A stretch of 64,000 nt of DNA from Lingula anatina. Taxonomy: Eukaryota; Animalia; Brachiopoda. Position 1 is the first letter of the stretch; the number at the start of each line of letters is the position of its first letter. Under the pieces are notes generated by a model. That model worked only from the letters and a program-made list of their open reading frames with translations. It was not told the origin of the DNA and did not search any database. Both the position numbers and the translations under genes were made by a program. This document shows positions 37,226 to 50,228 of this stretch, one piece after another. The DNA lies in contig CM120648.1 of the NCBI GenBank assembly GCA_051362555.1, positions 19,836,587 to 19,900,586 of the forward strand, read 5' to 3'.

Positions 37226-39922
37226 GGGGAATACCCGCTTTAAGGGTCTGCCGCTAGATGGCGTGGGGGTGAAAGCAGTCCTTCTTAAATCTCGCAGAAT
37301 CTCGCTCACGGCTTTACACCAAAGTTTAACATGGAGCGTGTGCATGCGTCGCTGACAGTGAACCAACTCAAACGCAATTTACTTGAATGTGGTGCCATAA
37401 CATCTGGATGAAAATGTGAATTGACTGAAAGGTATGTGTTTTCTTTTCATTTAGTGCTTGAAAAACACGAATGCTAACTATTTTCCTTGAAAAAAAATCG
37501 AACATTAGTCGAGGTGTGTGTGTCAAATCTGACATGTTATGTACATGTAGACTACTGTAGGTACGAGTAGGCCTACGCTCATATTTTGTTTTAGTAGCAC
37601 GAAAGACGAAGATTTTTTATACTTTGTAAATGTACTTATTTATTTTCTTTATAAGGTTACCCAAAGAAGGTCCATATATTGGGGGCAAAGCCTGAAACTG
37701 TCGATTTCAGGACCCCCAGGACAGCCAACTTCAAGAGCAGGATAAAATGATTACTTCAGGAATCTTACCCGTCACTTCACATCAGCGGCAAAGAATGATG
37801 TAGCCACCAGTTATGCCTGCCCTAAAGCTGACTTACAGGCGGCTGTGATGGACAACAACTATTGCCAAGTGCCATGAAAACAATAATGCATGGATAGAGG
37901 GAATGATGTAAGTGAAAACAGAGGTCTAATATTAAGAATCAGGCCCAAATATGAGAAAGAATTATCTAACTAGGTGATGTGTGACATCATAGAAATATAA
38001 TACTGTATGTTAACTATTTAATGCTGTAACCATCTACCATGCTTTAATGGGATATGAATATTTCAGGTTGAGGAACAAACAGCGAAGGACACTGAGCATA
38101 GCAAGTTATAACAAGGAAAGAGCGCAATCTGACACAAGGAGAGACAATGGCAGATCACTGCTTCCAGGTTTGGAGAGATAATTGCAGCTACAGAGAAGAA
38201 GTATATAAACAAACTGTATGAATCATTGTTGTGTCCAAAACCATTGCAGACACATGACAGTTGGACCCGGACCCGATTTCCCCTTTTTGGAATGTGTATC
38301 TCGTGCACGAATCTGGGCCTAAAGAAAACCCGCGAATACTATACTAAGTTAGAAGGCCAGATGTTCATTACAAATTGCCCATTCTGCTATTTTGTTGTGT
38401 TTACATTCAAAGAACTGTTTGTGGGATTGATTCATTCTGACGCTGGGTATTTTTCTACATGTATTTTGCCCAGGATAACTTTTTTTAATGAAAAACACTA
38501 TAGGAAGTATGTGTCAACTAGTTTATAGAAAGTACCCCTGTATGAGATGGTTTTAGCTGCAATCATAATTTTGAAGTGCAATTTTAAAAAATGTTTTAAC
38601 TAAAATGAAATAATTTGGTGGTGCTATATTCTTTACAAAAAGTACTTATGTGTTTATGCTGTTTTTAATAATATTTAACTGTAATGAAAAAAAAACTATG
38701 ATGCAATTTTGTAAAGTATTTCAGTGGGATGAAATAAATTGCTAGTTGTATTTACAGCAAATAATTTGGTTTTTCTGCTTTTTAAAGAATTTTCAAAGTG
38801 ATGACATAATGTGGTGGTTCTATTCAAGTAAAATAATTCATAAGTACTATTTTGTAAAAAGGAACAAAAAACTGTGTTAATTTGTAAAATGTTTGCTTTC
38901 TTTAATTTTTATTTCTTAAACCGTTACAAAAAGTTTTCCATACCTACAGTAATCCATTGGCTGAAAAATTGCAGCTATATATTCAGGAAAGTTATAGCAC
39001 AAATAAATTATCTAAGTATTACATGGTTTCATGGTTTTTACTATGGACTGAATAATTATTTTGTTTAAATATTTGGTTTTGCTGCTTTTTAATGAATTTT
39101 CAGAGCGATGAAATAATATGGTGTTTCTACTCAAGTAAAACAATTGAGAAGTGCTATTTTGTAAAAAAAAAAAGAACAAAAACTGTTCATTTATAAAATG
39201 TTTTCTTTCTTTAAATTTTATTTCTTAAACTGTTACAAAAAGATTTCCAAACATGCATTAATTATTCCATTGGCTGAGAAATTGCATCTATACATGAACA
39301 AATAAATTATCTAATTATACCTAGTTTTATGATTCTTACGAGGTACTGAATAATGATTTTAAATAAAAATAATTATTTAATTAATATTACCGGTCATGCT
39401 CAATACACCAATAAAAAAGGATATTACTTAATAACACAACCTTATGCAGGTAGTAGGCTACCGGCACTTATATATATTTACTGACAACTCTTCTGAAATT
39501 ACGGACATAAGAAAACGCACTTTGATAAATCATACTTCCTAGGGGCACTTTCTTGCTATGGAGCTCTCTTTCCAAAACTTCATAAGTTTTGCCAAGATCA
39601 ATTAACCTTTTTACGTGTATTCTTTTTGAGGCAACTCGTCTATCTTTAGGGGCCTAATTACTGTGCCTGGGTCAAGTTGTAACTGTCCCTTTAACATGGA
39701 AGGTGTTTTGACATGGGCAACCCTTCACTTCAAACGAAGCCCTGAATCCTCAAGAAAATTATGCCCACCTTGCCGACTTTGACATTCAGGTACACAACAA
39801 TACTGAGGCATGTTTATTAAGGCCAGTACCACAGTCCAACGTATATAATATCCAACATGGCGACTGTGGAAGGACTGAATTCACACTAGCGACACCTGGC
39901 GCCAAGCGGGCTGGTATTCCTC
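37226..39922. mobile_element. Internally deleted ISL2EU-type transposon
   Basis: AT|GGGGAATACCCGCTT ... AAGCGGGCTGGTATTCCTC|AT. Plus strand: SAP-like LTVNQLK...GAITSG*KCELTER and YqaJ-like ITASRFGEI. Minus strand: THAP start MPQYCCVPEC fused to DDE tail ASKRIHVKRLI. Confidence 0.75.
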
Positions 39923-40861
39923 ATTGCAACGAGCAAGGCTCACTCAAGACGATCGACACAAATGTCTCTCTAACGAAGCCTAATAAGCACTTTGTGTATC
40001 TTTACGTACAGGTAACTATCAGTCGTTACGATGATAAATTGACGATTACTTTGAGATCTCACCTTGTAGAAGGGTGTGACTGGTTGAAAATCCGTTCCCT
40101 CCCATACGGTGGATGGAATGTGCTATTGTTCAACTGAGAAGTACAGTCACCGTTTGTTTGCTATCTACCCAAGATCTCCGTAAAGTTCAAAAGATCGTCA
40201 ATATCGTTGAAAACAGGAAAAGCTGAATCCTGTCGACTGCGCCATTTGTAACCGAGTATCACAACAAACATCGACTGAATCTCAGAAGAATCAGCTTCTT
40301 TATATATTCCTGTACATACATACATGCCAACGTGACAGTGTGAGTAAAAATAACTCAAGAATACTGTTGGGCGGGTAATTTATATTTCCCGCTCACGTGA
40401 CTAACAAAGCTCACGTGACCGCCAAAAGGGCAGTGTTGTAGATAAAGTAATAAAACTTGCTGGTTCAATTTTTTTTATTATTATTTCACAGTTTTACATT
40501 ACTTCCACGTGTGTGTATCACAACTCCGCATGGATTTCCCTCTCTAACATGGAAAACACGTGTGCCAATAAACATGTTAGAACTCCGCATGGAGTCCACA
40601 CTCTCCAACCTTTTAGAACTACTCAATTTTTTTACACTAGAGGGACCCACTGTATAGTCACCTCTAACACAATTGGTTTCACCATACAACAATATTTGAC
40701 AGGCGGGAATGCTTTCGTAATGTTTCACCCTATTACATGTGTACTGTGTACTTTGATAACCCTAGCTGTCTCTTCCATGTCTCCCAGCTCAATGTGTGTG
40801 TGTGTGTGTGTGCGTACTGTGTACCTTGATTACCCTAGCTGTCTCTTCCATGTCTCCCAGC

Positions 40862-40904
<43 letters not shown>

Positions 40905-41699
40905 CTTGATAACCCTAGCTGTCTCCTCCATGTCTCTCAGATCAGCTACTGTGTACACATGGTTTGGCTCAGGTGCCGGAGATAACTTGTTACACTCTGC
41001 GATGACCTGAAGCCGTTATTATGGAAAAAATGCAACAGACACTCAACTGTTCAAATTGCAATACCAATAAGTAAATTACAGAGCAGCTTTTGTAAAGGAA
41101 AATAAAATCGTTAATTTTTTAAACAATGTTTATTCGAAAGAAATGGAGGCAAAGCGCTAAAAGCATTAGATTCAAAGATTTCAGTATTGGAACAATACAA
41201 AATGCAATGCAAAATCGTTAATAAAGCATATTTTCTAAGATACGAAGTTCAAAGCTGTTATTTGAAGGTTGACCTTCCCTCACGTGTCTTAATTTATTAC
41301 CGGTACTGACCTTTTTTAGGAGGTTTTCTCTGCGCGCCGTCAAAACAATGTTTGCTCCCATCTTGGCGAAATGATACGCCACCTGTTCTCCAATTCCAGA
41401 GGACGCCCCGGTAATGAGCACTCTCTTGCCTCTCACCATGGCTGTGATAAAACCGATATGCTTATATCAGCCTATTATCATTTCGATTTCTGTTATAAAT
41501 CTGGAAATTTAATAAAGCACTGGTTTTTTTTTTAATTCATGTGTAATGGCAAAGTTTCATGTGGCTTTATCTTGGGCAGACGAAGTAGATTGTGTTTATG
41601 ATTTTGAAGGCAAGGAAAGAAATGGTACGAAATTCATGCGTTAGCACTCCTTTTTGCGGTTATAAATATGTGTTTTCTGGTTGTGTTTACGTTATTTAG

Positions 41700-41737
<38 letters not shown>

Positions 41738-42018
41738 TGCACAAAATATGAACGACTTGCGTTTTTTCAGCATCACCAAACTAAGTTGGTCTAACTAAAG
41801 TCATTAATCGTTTACGCACACACAGATTACAAATATCAGACCCATTTCAACCATGTAGAGTACAGTAGACTATATGAACATGTACATCAGACTTAGATAA
41901 GGACCTGCAAAGAGCGTTCATGCTCACCGGGATCGAAATCATCCACGTAGAGGGTGGCGATATAGATGGCAGTCACAGTGAGGAGGACAGCAACCAGTGT
42001 TTTTGTCTTGGAACCCAT
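40905..42018 (-). CDS. HSD11B1L: 11-beta-HSD1-like short-chain dehydrogenase, first three exons (42018-41928, 41441-41311, 41006-40905)
   Basis: Hydrophobic N-terminus ending DDFDP, then AMVRGKRVLITGASSGIGEQVAYHFAKMGANIVLTARRENLLKK|VIAEC...ADLRD. Phases compatible; catalytic exons not found. Confidence 0.75.
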
Positions 42019-42451
42019 GTTGAATTATTTCTCACGTCCAGTTCTTAAACAAAGAGCATACCAGTACGCGATAGCCTCTGCATCCCTAAGTGACCTTTTA
42101 ATGTATTCCCGGCCTACTCCCCGTTCTACCAGTAGCATTGAGACCTATCATTATTAAACTATGAACATAACATTACTGATCAGGTCAGGTTAGTACATAA
42201 GATAACAGGTACGTGTGAGGTACACTGGCTGGCAGGAGTCTAAAGTCGATAATACTGAGGGCTTGTACAGGGGGGATAAGACTGGGTCTGCTGTGTTAAA
42301 TCCTATATAGGCACATTCAACTGAAACACTTATCATACATATTATTTAGATATTTATATTTTTATTATGAATACTGCGGATATTAAGAGGACACGAGACA
42401 TTCACTCACACTTAACATTTAAAAGGTTAAATAAATAAGACTGAAGTATAT

Positions 42452-43676
42452 GTCAGTAAGCCCCTAGTTCAATAAATATACCATTCTAAGCAAGGCCTTT
42501 TTTCAGCGAGCCCTCCAGCTGCCAATTGAACGGCCGCTGTCATCACTGGACGGCCTATGTTTTCAAATTTAGAAGGCTGGATGGCTTACGATTAAAAAAG
42601 TCTTGACTTGTCGGGGCAGCTGTGGACGTCGTATGAAAATCCATTGCAGTAATTTGACGTATGAATATTATACTACTTTGTTGCACGCTGTTTTTCAGTC
42701 ACGACGTAACTACTACCTAAAGCTAACAAAACACAATAAAATGTTTCCATTGACTTTAAAATATATAATGCAGAAGTGACAAGAATAATCTACATTCGGT
42801 ACAAAACACGTGTAGGCCCTAAATGAAATATGACCTAACTTGCCGCCAAATTATGAAAGGGGACACCTTTCGGATCTTTATACGTATGGCACCTGACAAA
42901 GCTAAAACATAACAAAGGCAATTTTTATATCTTCGGGGAGAGATTGTTCGCAATCCGAAAGAGACGAGAAGGCAATTTTCATATTTGTTCAAGAGACTTC
43001 GTTAACCGAGGATCGGGAACAAGAGATAGTTACCGACCGCAGCGAGATGAAAAGCCAATTTTTTCGTATCTTCAGCAGGAGATCGAGCATGATCTGAGCG
43101 AAAAGAGAAAGCAATTTTCACATTCTTTCAATGGACTTCGTTCGCAGAAGATCGTCAGCCAGAGATCGTTCGCGATCCGAGCGAGACGAGAAGGCAATTT
43201 TTATATTCATACAAGGGCGTTCTTTCGTGGAAGAACGTGACGGGAGATCGGTATCAATTATTTTTAACCCTCTTTTCCAATGAAATTTATTATTAAAAAA
43301 AGATTCCATTAATTTTTACCCCATCCCCACCCCCGCTCACGGCTTTTGGAAAAGTTTGAGGCCCTGAAATTTTGAAGTAAGATACAGATGGCAATTATGT
43401 ATGGCCTGTACCCCAATCCCGGAAAAAGCGTTGGTTCTGGGTGAAATAATTTACTGGAACTTAATTATATTGAGGGAATATTTTAAACTTTAAGTAATGA
43501 TTTTATAAACGGTGAAAACTAAGCTATTATATTTGGCACATATAATTTAAACTGCCCTTCATCTTTTGCGTAAGTCGATCTACATTTAGCTATACCTGGG
43601 AATTTTAAAATTCTGTGCGTACAATTTTAAAAGGTCTGGTTACGCCCCTGTTTATTGAACTAGGGGCTTACTGACA
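42452..43676. mobile_element. Non-autonomous TIR element with internal short repeats
   Basis: GTCAGTAAGCCCCTAGTTCAATAAA ... TTTATTGAACTAGGGGCTTACTGAC. Confidence 0.6.
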
Positions 43677-43847
43677 CAAACTTTGAAAACATATGCAAAT
43701 TATGCCCGCTTGTATCAAGCTAAATTCTGAATAACGGTGAGGCACCTTTGTTCGATGTGGTTTGTTGCGGTTATCCCGAGTTGTCAGAAAATAATCTTAA
43801 GAACAGTTGATCGTTGTAGGATTCTTACACCTTCTTGCTATCCATGG

Positions 43848-44114
43848 CAGGGCCGTAGCCTCCGGGGGGGCAGGGGGGGCAGCTGCCCCCCCCCCCCTGG
43901 AAATTGGGGTGCAAAAAAATGATCGCAAAGGTAAAAAAAATAATTGCAAAGTTGGTATCAATTCTGTGAGAAAAGGCACTAATGGCCACTAGACAATCAT
44001 TCAACAATCTGTTTACAAAGGTGTACTGTTTTTAGCCAACTCAGTTTATGCCAAAAAGCTCACCCTCCGCTTACTGCCCCCCCCCCCCTGGCATTTTGCT
44101 CAGGCTACGGTCCT
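43848..44114. mobile_element. MITE
   Basis: CAGGGCCGTAGCC ... GGCTACGGTCCTG with G/C-rich subterminal tracts, flanked by CATGG on both sides. Confidence 0.55.
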
Positions 44115-45749
44115 GCATGGTCAGCTTAATGATGAATCTTCTAAAAGTTGAACTTATATATGGTATCATCCAAAATCAAACAATTATATTACAGGATAAA
44201 GCTCTGTTTGTTTGTGAAAATTGCCCATATCACCCTGTTAGTTTAGAGGGTTAAGCTGGGTCAAGTCGTGTCAAAATTCTTTAGAGCTTTGCAGGAAATA
44301 TTTTTTTGTTTCTCTGGCTCCTTATAAAGCCCGTTGTCCAGATTTTATCTAGTGTCCCCAGGTCTGCTGGAACTGCTCTTTGAAAATAACACAGGTAGAT
44401 TTTTATCTGAGATAAATCTCGCCAGCGAGTGTGCATTCGACACACTTAAGACAAAGGCTACCTGAGAGTTGAAGGGCATTCAAACCTCCAATTAAGAGGC
44501 AAAGGAAGTTCCAGCTAGATGGACGATTAAGATAGGACTTCTGGAGGTAGCTAGTATTGTTTATTTAACTCAGTTCTGTGAAAGCAAACGAGACGGGGGG
44601 CGTCAGAACAATGGTGCGTATACGATTCATACAGAAGATTTGTACATTTAGGTGACTCTAACTTGCAATCGAAGAGGATTTTCGATTATTTTTCGTGAAA
44701 AATACACTAAATTTATAGAGAATAATATCGTGATTGGCTCAAAAAATTGTACGCACAGTGCATCCGTGCGTATGCCTAGTTACGCCCATGGATGTTATAC
44801 ACAGTCTCAAAGCGTTTGATTTTGAAGAACTATAAAACTTTTTCAAATTCATAACAATTTACCACTACACACACTGCTGGCAGCATTAAGTGTAATACCA
44901 GTACATAAGGTCTGTATTAGCATCCCTGCTTTGGCCAGGTCAGTACATTTAAGACTGGGTTCCCATATCTAGACTGATCTTACAGGATCGATCCATCTCC
45001 ACGGGGTTTCTCGCTTAAATTGCTTACAGCTTAAACGGCTTAGGTGTCTGGGACCCCTCCAAAGCTGCTAAACAATAGTTAATTACCCCCTATCAGCTTC
45101 AGTAGGCGTGACAGACATTTAAGCCGCTTAAGTTAATTGCAATTGAGTGAGAATCCCCATGGAGAAAGTTCGATCCAAAGTTAGTACAATAGGGTCTGGG
45201 AATGGTCTCTTATACCAGTACACAAACTCGATGGTTGTGTTGTAGCAAGTTCATTTTATTTGTATGCTATCATTACTGTGGAGTAAAATAAAATAAAGAT
45301 GTTTTGGGTGATCTGTCTTTTCCTGATATGCGAGGTAGGTGATCAAAATCTTAAGGGAAAACAGAAGCTTTATTTGTTTTTCAACATTATTCAAGGTTGC
45401 CTACTAAATGTGACGATGGTATTGACTTCTGTCTTTTGCTGACAAATACCACTCAGTTATAGTCGTTCTTATTATTTATTTACTACTTCCCTGTTGTTAC
45501 TCGTGCTGCTTCCAACATTTCTATTTCTACCTCTTGCAATCTTTAGCGGCCTTCTCTACGTTTACCTTACATTATAAATACCATAAGATCATGTCAATCA
45601 ACTCAAGTTACTCTACAAAACACTCCCCGCTCCTGTCAATTACTAACATTACATAAATTGCATCAGTTATTCTAAAAGATCGAGGGTCTTGTAAATAAAA
45701 ACGGCCATCAGCGGCTGAGTTTTGAAGATGAAACTTGTGTATGTCTTAG

Positions 45750-46050
45750 GAAGCATTCACATCGAGAAGAGCCGAGGTCTAACAAGGCCGCGACCTACAT
45801 GAAAGGGAAATCGCTTAATCCTGTAATGTTCTCTCCGCCTCTCACACGGCTTAGGACCACGCGTCGTCCCTCGACCGGTTGAAGTATGCCGAGATTGAAT
45901 TAGAGTGCCCCTGCAGGGACGACGCGCGGGGAGGAGTGTGAGAAGGCAGAGAAACTATTAATGAATCAAGCGTTCTTCCTTTCATGTAGAACCGCCATAT
46001 TTAGGTCGCAGCCTTACTAGACCTCGGCTCTTCTCGATGTGAAAGCTCCC
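45750..46050. mobile_element. Palindromic MITE, Harbinger-like ends
   Basis: About 120-bp imperfect inverted arms TTCACATCGAGAAGAGCCGAGGTCTA ... TAGACCTCGGCTCTTCTCGATGTGAA. Confidence 0.7.
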
Positions 46051-47272
46051 TTAAATTGTTGCTTCTAGTGTGCATTAGGAGACATAAAGGACACATACGT
46101 CATCAAAGGGATTTAATCTCGGCTCCGATGTTTAATTGCTAGGCCCCTGCAGCAACGGCGCATGTGGAGGCGGGGAGACCGTCGAGAATCAGCGGCAGCT
46201 CTTGTGAAGTGTGGTCGGCCATATTTAGTCGGCGGATCAGTTAATACTCGGATCATCTTTTCTGAATGGAGCCTTAATCTGTGTTTGTTATTCAACTTCT
46301 ATTGAAGTGTCTACACTCATATTTTGTTACTTACATCATAAGATACAGTGGCGGATTTAGAGGGGAGGGTTAGGGGGACCTAATACCCCTTCCTTTTCTC
46401 AAAAAAATAACACTATTATTCCACTCTTGAAATTAGAGTTTTAACTAGTTGATTTATATTCCTTAAATATGCATACAAAGTCAATTTTTTGTCACAAAAA
46501 CCAACCAAATGCCAGCATATAGTAACAAGTAGTATAACTAAGATAATTGCCAAAAGGCATTGTTTAATTTTACCCGAAAATGATGTTTGAATGGATTTTT
46601 CTGCTAGCACTCTATGCTGTATGTCAATGGGACAGAAAAGTAGGTCACGAAAGTAGGTTAAATTTCCAACCAAAAATTTTAAGAAAGGAGCAGTCTAAAG
46701 CTCTTTTTGGGCTGATCAAGTGATCTATTCAGTTTATCCCTTGGCATGTCAAATTTATTTGAGTCGTATAAGAAACTGGTAGAAGTGGTTAACATGTGTT
46801 ACTGGGAAACCACTCTCCACCGATGCCCGGTTCGTATGTACTTTAACCGTTTCAAATGGAACCGTTTGACCTTCAAAACACCAAAATATTACGGCTCCCG
46901 GGCTATCGATTGTAATTGCAGATGTAAACATGTACAACCAAACTGGCCCTCTGCGTGATAAGGTAGAAGGTTTTTCATTTGATTTCAAATCTACCAATGA
47001 ATCTTCTGCGGCTCCGTGTAATTCCGCTGTCTTAACACAGCTAGCTTACCGCGGTACATGTATAGCCTTGTACGCGGGTTTTTATGCAGTGATTTTTCTA
47101 GATTTTTTTTCCTGAAAATTGCATTAAGAAGAAAAACGTATATTAGGTGGGCGGGTGGGTCAGGCACAGTGCTGTCGTTGGCGTGCACGGGTGCAGGAAA
47201 AAACAGTCCGTTACAACAACGACCTGGCCCTGCAATCGAGAAGGCACGGGAAAAAGTCGATGGTTTAGAATA

Positions 47273-47814
47273 CGAGGGTTGATTGATAAGTAGTGAGCCT
47301 CGTGTGGAAGGGCCGGGGTTAAGCAGGGATATCCCTTTTTAGCCCTTCTATTCCCTGACTATTTAAAGGTGTGTAGCCGAAGTTTGGTGTCATTTGGTTA
47401 GTTGATGTCGACGAGGTAGCACTCTCAAATAAGCAAGGCAAGTGACATTTGCAAAATGCCCCTGCTCACAAGCCTGTCATCGCCATGGCTGCAATCAACG
47501 AGTGTGGCTTTGAACTGATAGAACATCCACCTTATTCGCCTGATCTTGCTCCCTCTGACTATTATCTATTTCCCAAATTGAAAAAGGCCATTTCAGGTAC
47601 TCACTCTGTGTCAGATGATGACGTCATACGTGAATTGGAGGGGTTTCTGAACAGCCAAGAGAAGGGCTTCTATAAAAGTTGCAAAGAGGCTCTCAAAACT
47701 CGCTGGAAAAATTGTATAGATACTCAAGGAGACTATGTTGAAAAATAAATGAAAAATATTTGTAAAATGTGTACCCCTTCTATATGAGGCTCACTACTTA
47801 TCAATCAACCCTCG
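47273..47814 (+). mobile_element. Internally deleted mariner element
   Basis: TA|CGAGGGTTGATTGATAAGTAGTGAGCCTC perfect TIRs; transposase C-terminus NAPAHK...HPPYSPDLAPSDY...GDYVEK. Confidence 0.95.
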
Positions 47815-48989
47815 TAAGTGATCGATTTGACAACAAAATTTTTACTGGTCATTATCTTAAAGTATTCCTTTCTCTTCAAATTTTGCTTTAGAATATTAAA
47901 GTTTACTATTTAGATTGATTTAGATTCTTTGGAATGGTGCCTGATGACATCGGTATTATAGTTTCACAAGATTATTCCTCTCTCTTCACTTTTTTCACTT
48001 AAAAATGATGTTCAGGCGGGGATGGTGATAAGCCCCCGAGTGTCCGACCCCGAGTCCCACGTCAAGGAGGCAAGGGCCATTCCCTAAAAACGCCCCCCTC
48101 TCCTGCAAATAACCTGTATCCCTCCCTGAGCCCCCTCCCCCCTTTCAATGAATCCTGGATCCGCGGGGAAAAGGGGCATGAATCCCTGTCAACTCCTACC
48201 TTCACTTTCTATAATGATCTCTTCACACATCTGGAATCAGCTACATTTAGGAGAAAACGGCACAGCAGGCCAAGAAATCTTTTACGTTTATAATTTTAAT
48301 TCTGTCTTTTTTCATTCTTACAAAGATTTTAAAAAATACCGTCTCCTAGACATATCTGTTAAATATATCCCGACTTTTCTTTTCTTTTTTAAATTGTATA
48401 ATCTTATATAGAAATGAAAAAATGAGTTAAGGAATCAAAGCCGAAAACCTATTAAATGATTAATATTTATGATACTTTTCTGTTTTTGCTTATACAAAAA
48501 TTTGTAAAAATTGTGTCTCCTCGACATACATGTGTCTGTTAAATATCCCACTACAATATCCCCATATAAGATAAGAGGGAGAGAGAGAGAGAGAGAGAGG
48601 CGGGGCGGAATTTTGCTGGAATTTTTGGTGAACTTGACCTGGGTGTGGTGTGAAAAAAATGGACATCGGCCTCAGGTCGGACTTGAAGAACAAAACAAAC
48701 CAGCACAAAACAAGCACGAACGTAATCTCCTCTCAGCTCATCTAACACACTCACGTGTTCAGATGCACCCCAGGTCAGCCTCCAAGGGTCATGTAGATAC
48801 ACCCCCGCACCGATAATCCCTCTTAGTAATTTTTTGTATTATGCGCATCGATGCGACCCCACACCGATAGATCCCCGCACCGATACTCCCCCGCACCAAT
48901 ACTTCCCCTCAGTAGGCCTATATGTGTAATTGTGGGGATGTAGCCTACCGGTGCGGGGGAGTATCGGTGCGGGGACGTATCGACAAGTA

Positions 48990-50188
48990 ACCCGCCTGCC
49001 AGATAATATGCCACCAGTGGGTCACCTGTGGCTATAAACAGCAAACAGCCACTGGTGGTCCACTGGTGTACCGCTGGTGGTTAGCTGGTGGCAGGTTGCC
49101 GTTGGTAATGTAGCTGGTGACCGGTCCACCAGTGACCAATTCGCGATTTTCTCATCGTAATTGTTAAGTGTAGATTTTTTTTCAAATACGCGTATGCGTA
49201 TTGTAATAACGTTACCTCATTTCGGCGGAAGTGTTTTTATTTACCTTTGTTCACTCGTTTGGGAGTGCGCAATTTCCTAGCATTTCATTGTCCTATAAAA
49301 ATTTACGTGACGTAGGCCTACTGCACGCGACGGCTGCACGTGACGTCTGCGTCGACCACTCTACTCCGCCTGACTGCTGCCACTGGGCTTTGATTTCACT
49401 ATATTTCATGTAAAATAGGTAAGCCTAATAATATTTAAATACACTGATTGACAGATCTTTTCAATGTAGGCCTACATGTAGGAAAATGTTGATTTATAAA
49501 ACAGCTTTTTAAAAAATAAATTCTGGAAATAAGAACATTGTTATTGAGTGGAAGAAACAAAATGTGAAAGCTCCACCTAGGCCTTCTATAGCCCTATAAG
49601 ATATAGGTATGAAAAAAATTGATTATAAGATTCGTATTTTGTATTTGAAAGTTTGGTATTTTTTGCCTCTTGAAAAGATCGAGTCAATTAAAAGGTATAC
49701 ATTTTCAAAGTGTATATATTTTTAAAAAATAAAAATGTGGTGTATCAGTGTGTTATGAAAGGTTTTCTGTGGCTTTTATTTACGTAAAATTCATTTTAAT
49801 AAGGATTAAAATGGAAAAAGACCCATAATAGATTTATGAATGATATTGATAACAATTGGAAAAAGTAAAGTTTGTATCTTAAAATAAACCTTGGAATATA
49901 ACCAGTGAACATTGGTCCTTTTTCTTTTGTGGTCCTGCCTAGCTAAATACTATTATTAAAATATCAGCAAAACGTCTGACATATGTGATGACTTGAAAAC
50001 TGCGCTGCACTCCAACGAGACGGATGCGACTAATTTCTCACTCAATTTGGTAGTTGTGATCGCCACCTTTATTTCGTATTTCAATTTATTAAACCCTTGA
50101 CCCCAACGGCTCATCAGAATGAAATACAGTGACATTATAAAGTCATATCAACGAACTACCACTTCAACAAAAACTACTACTGATACAA

Positions 50189-50228
<40 letters not shown>

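Noticed and set aside
37049-37366. 105-aa minus-strand ORF
   Set aside because: It spans the junctions of two transposon ends and has no recognisable motif.
40513-41010. 165-aa plus-strand ORF with CV repeats
   Set aside because: Produced by (TG)n microsatellites and antisense to the SDR exon.
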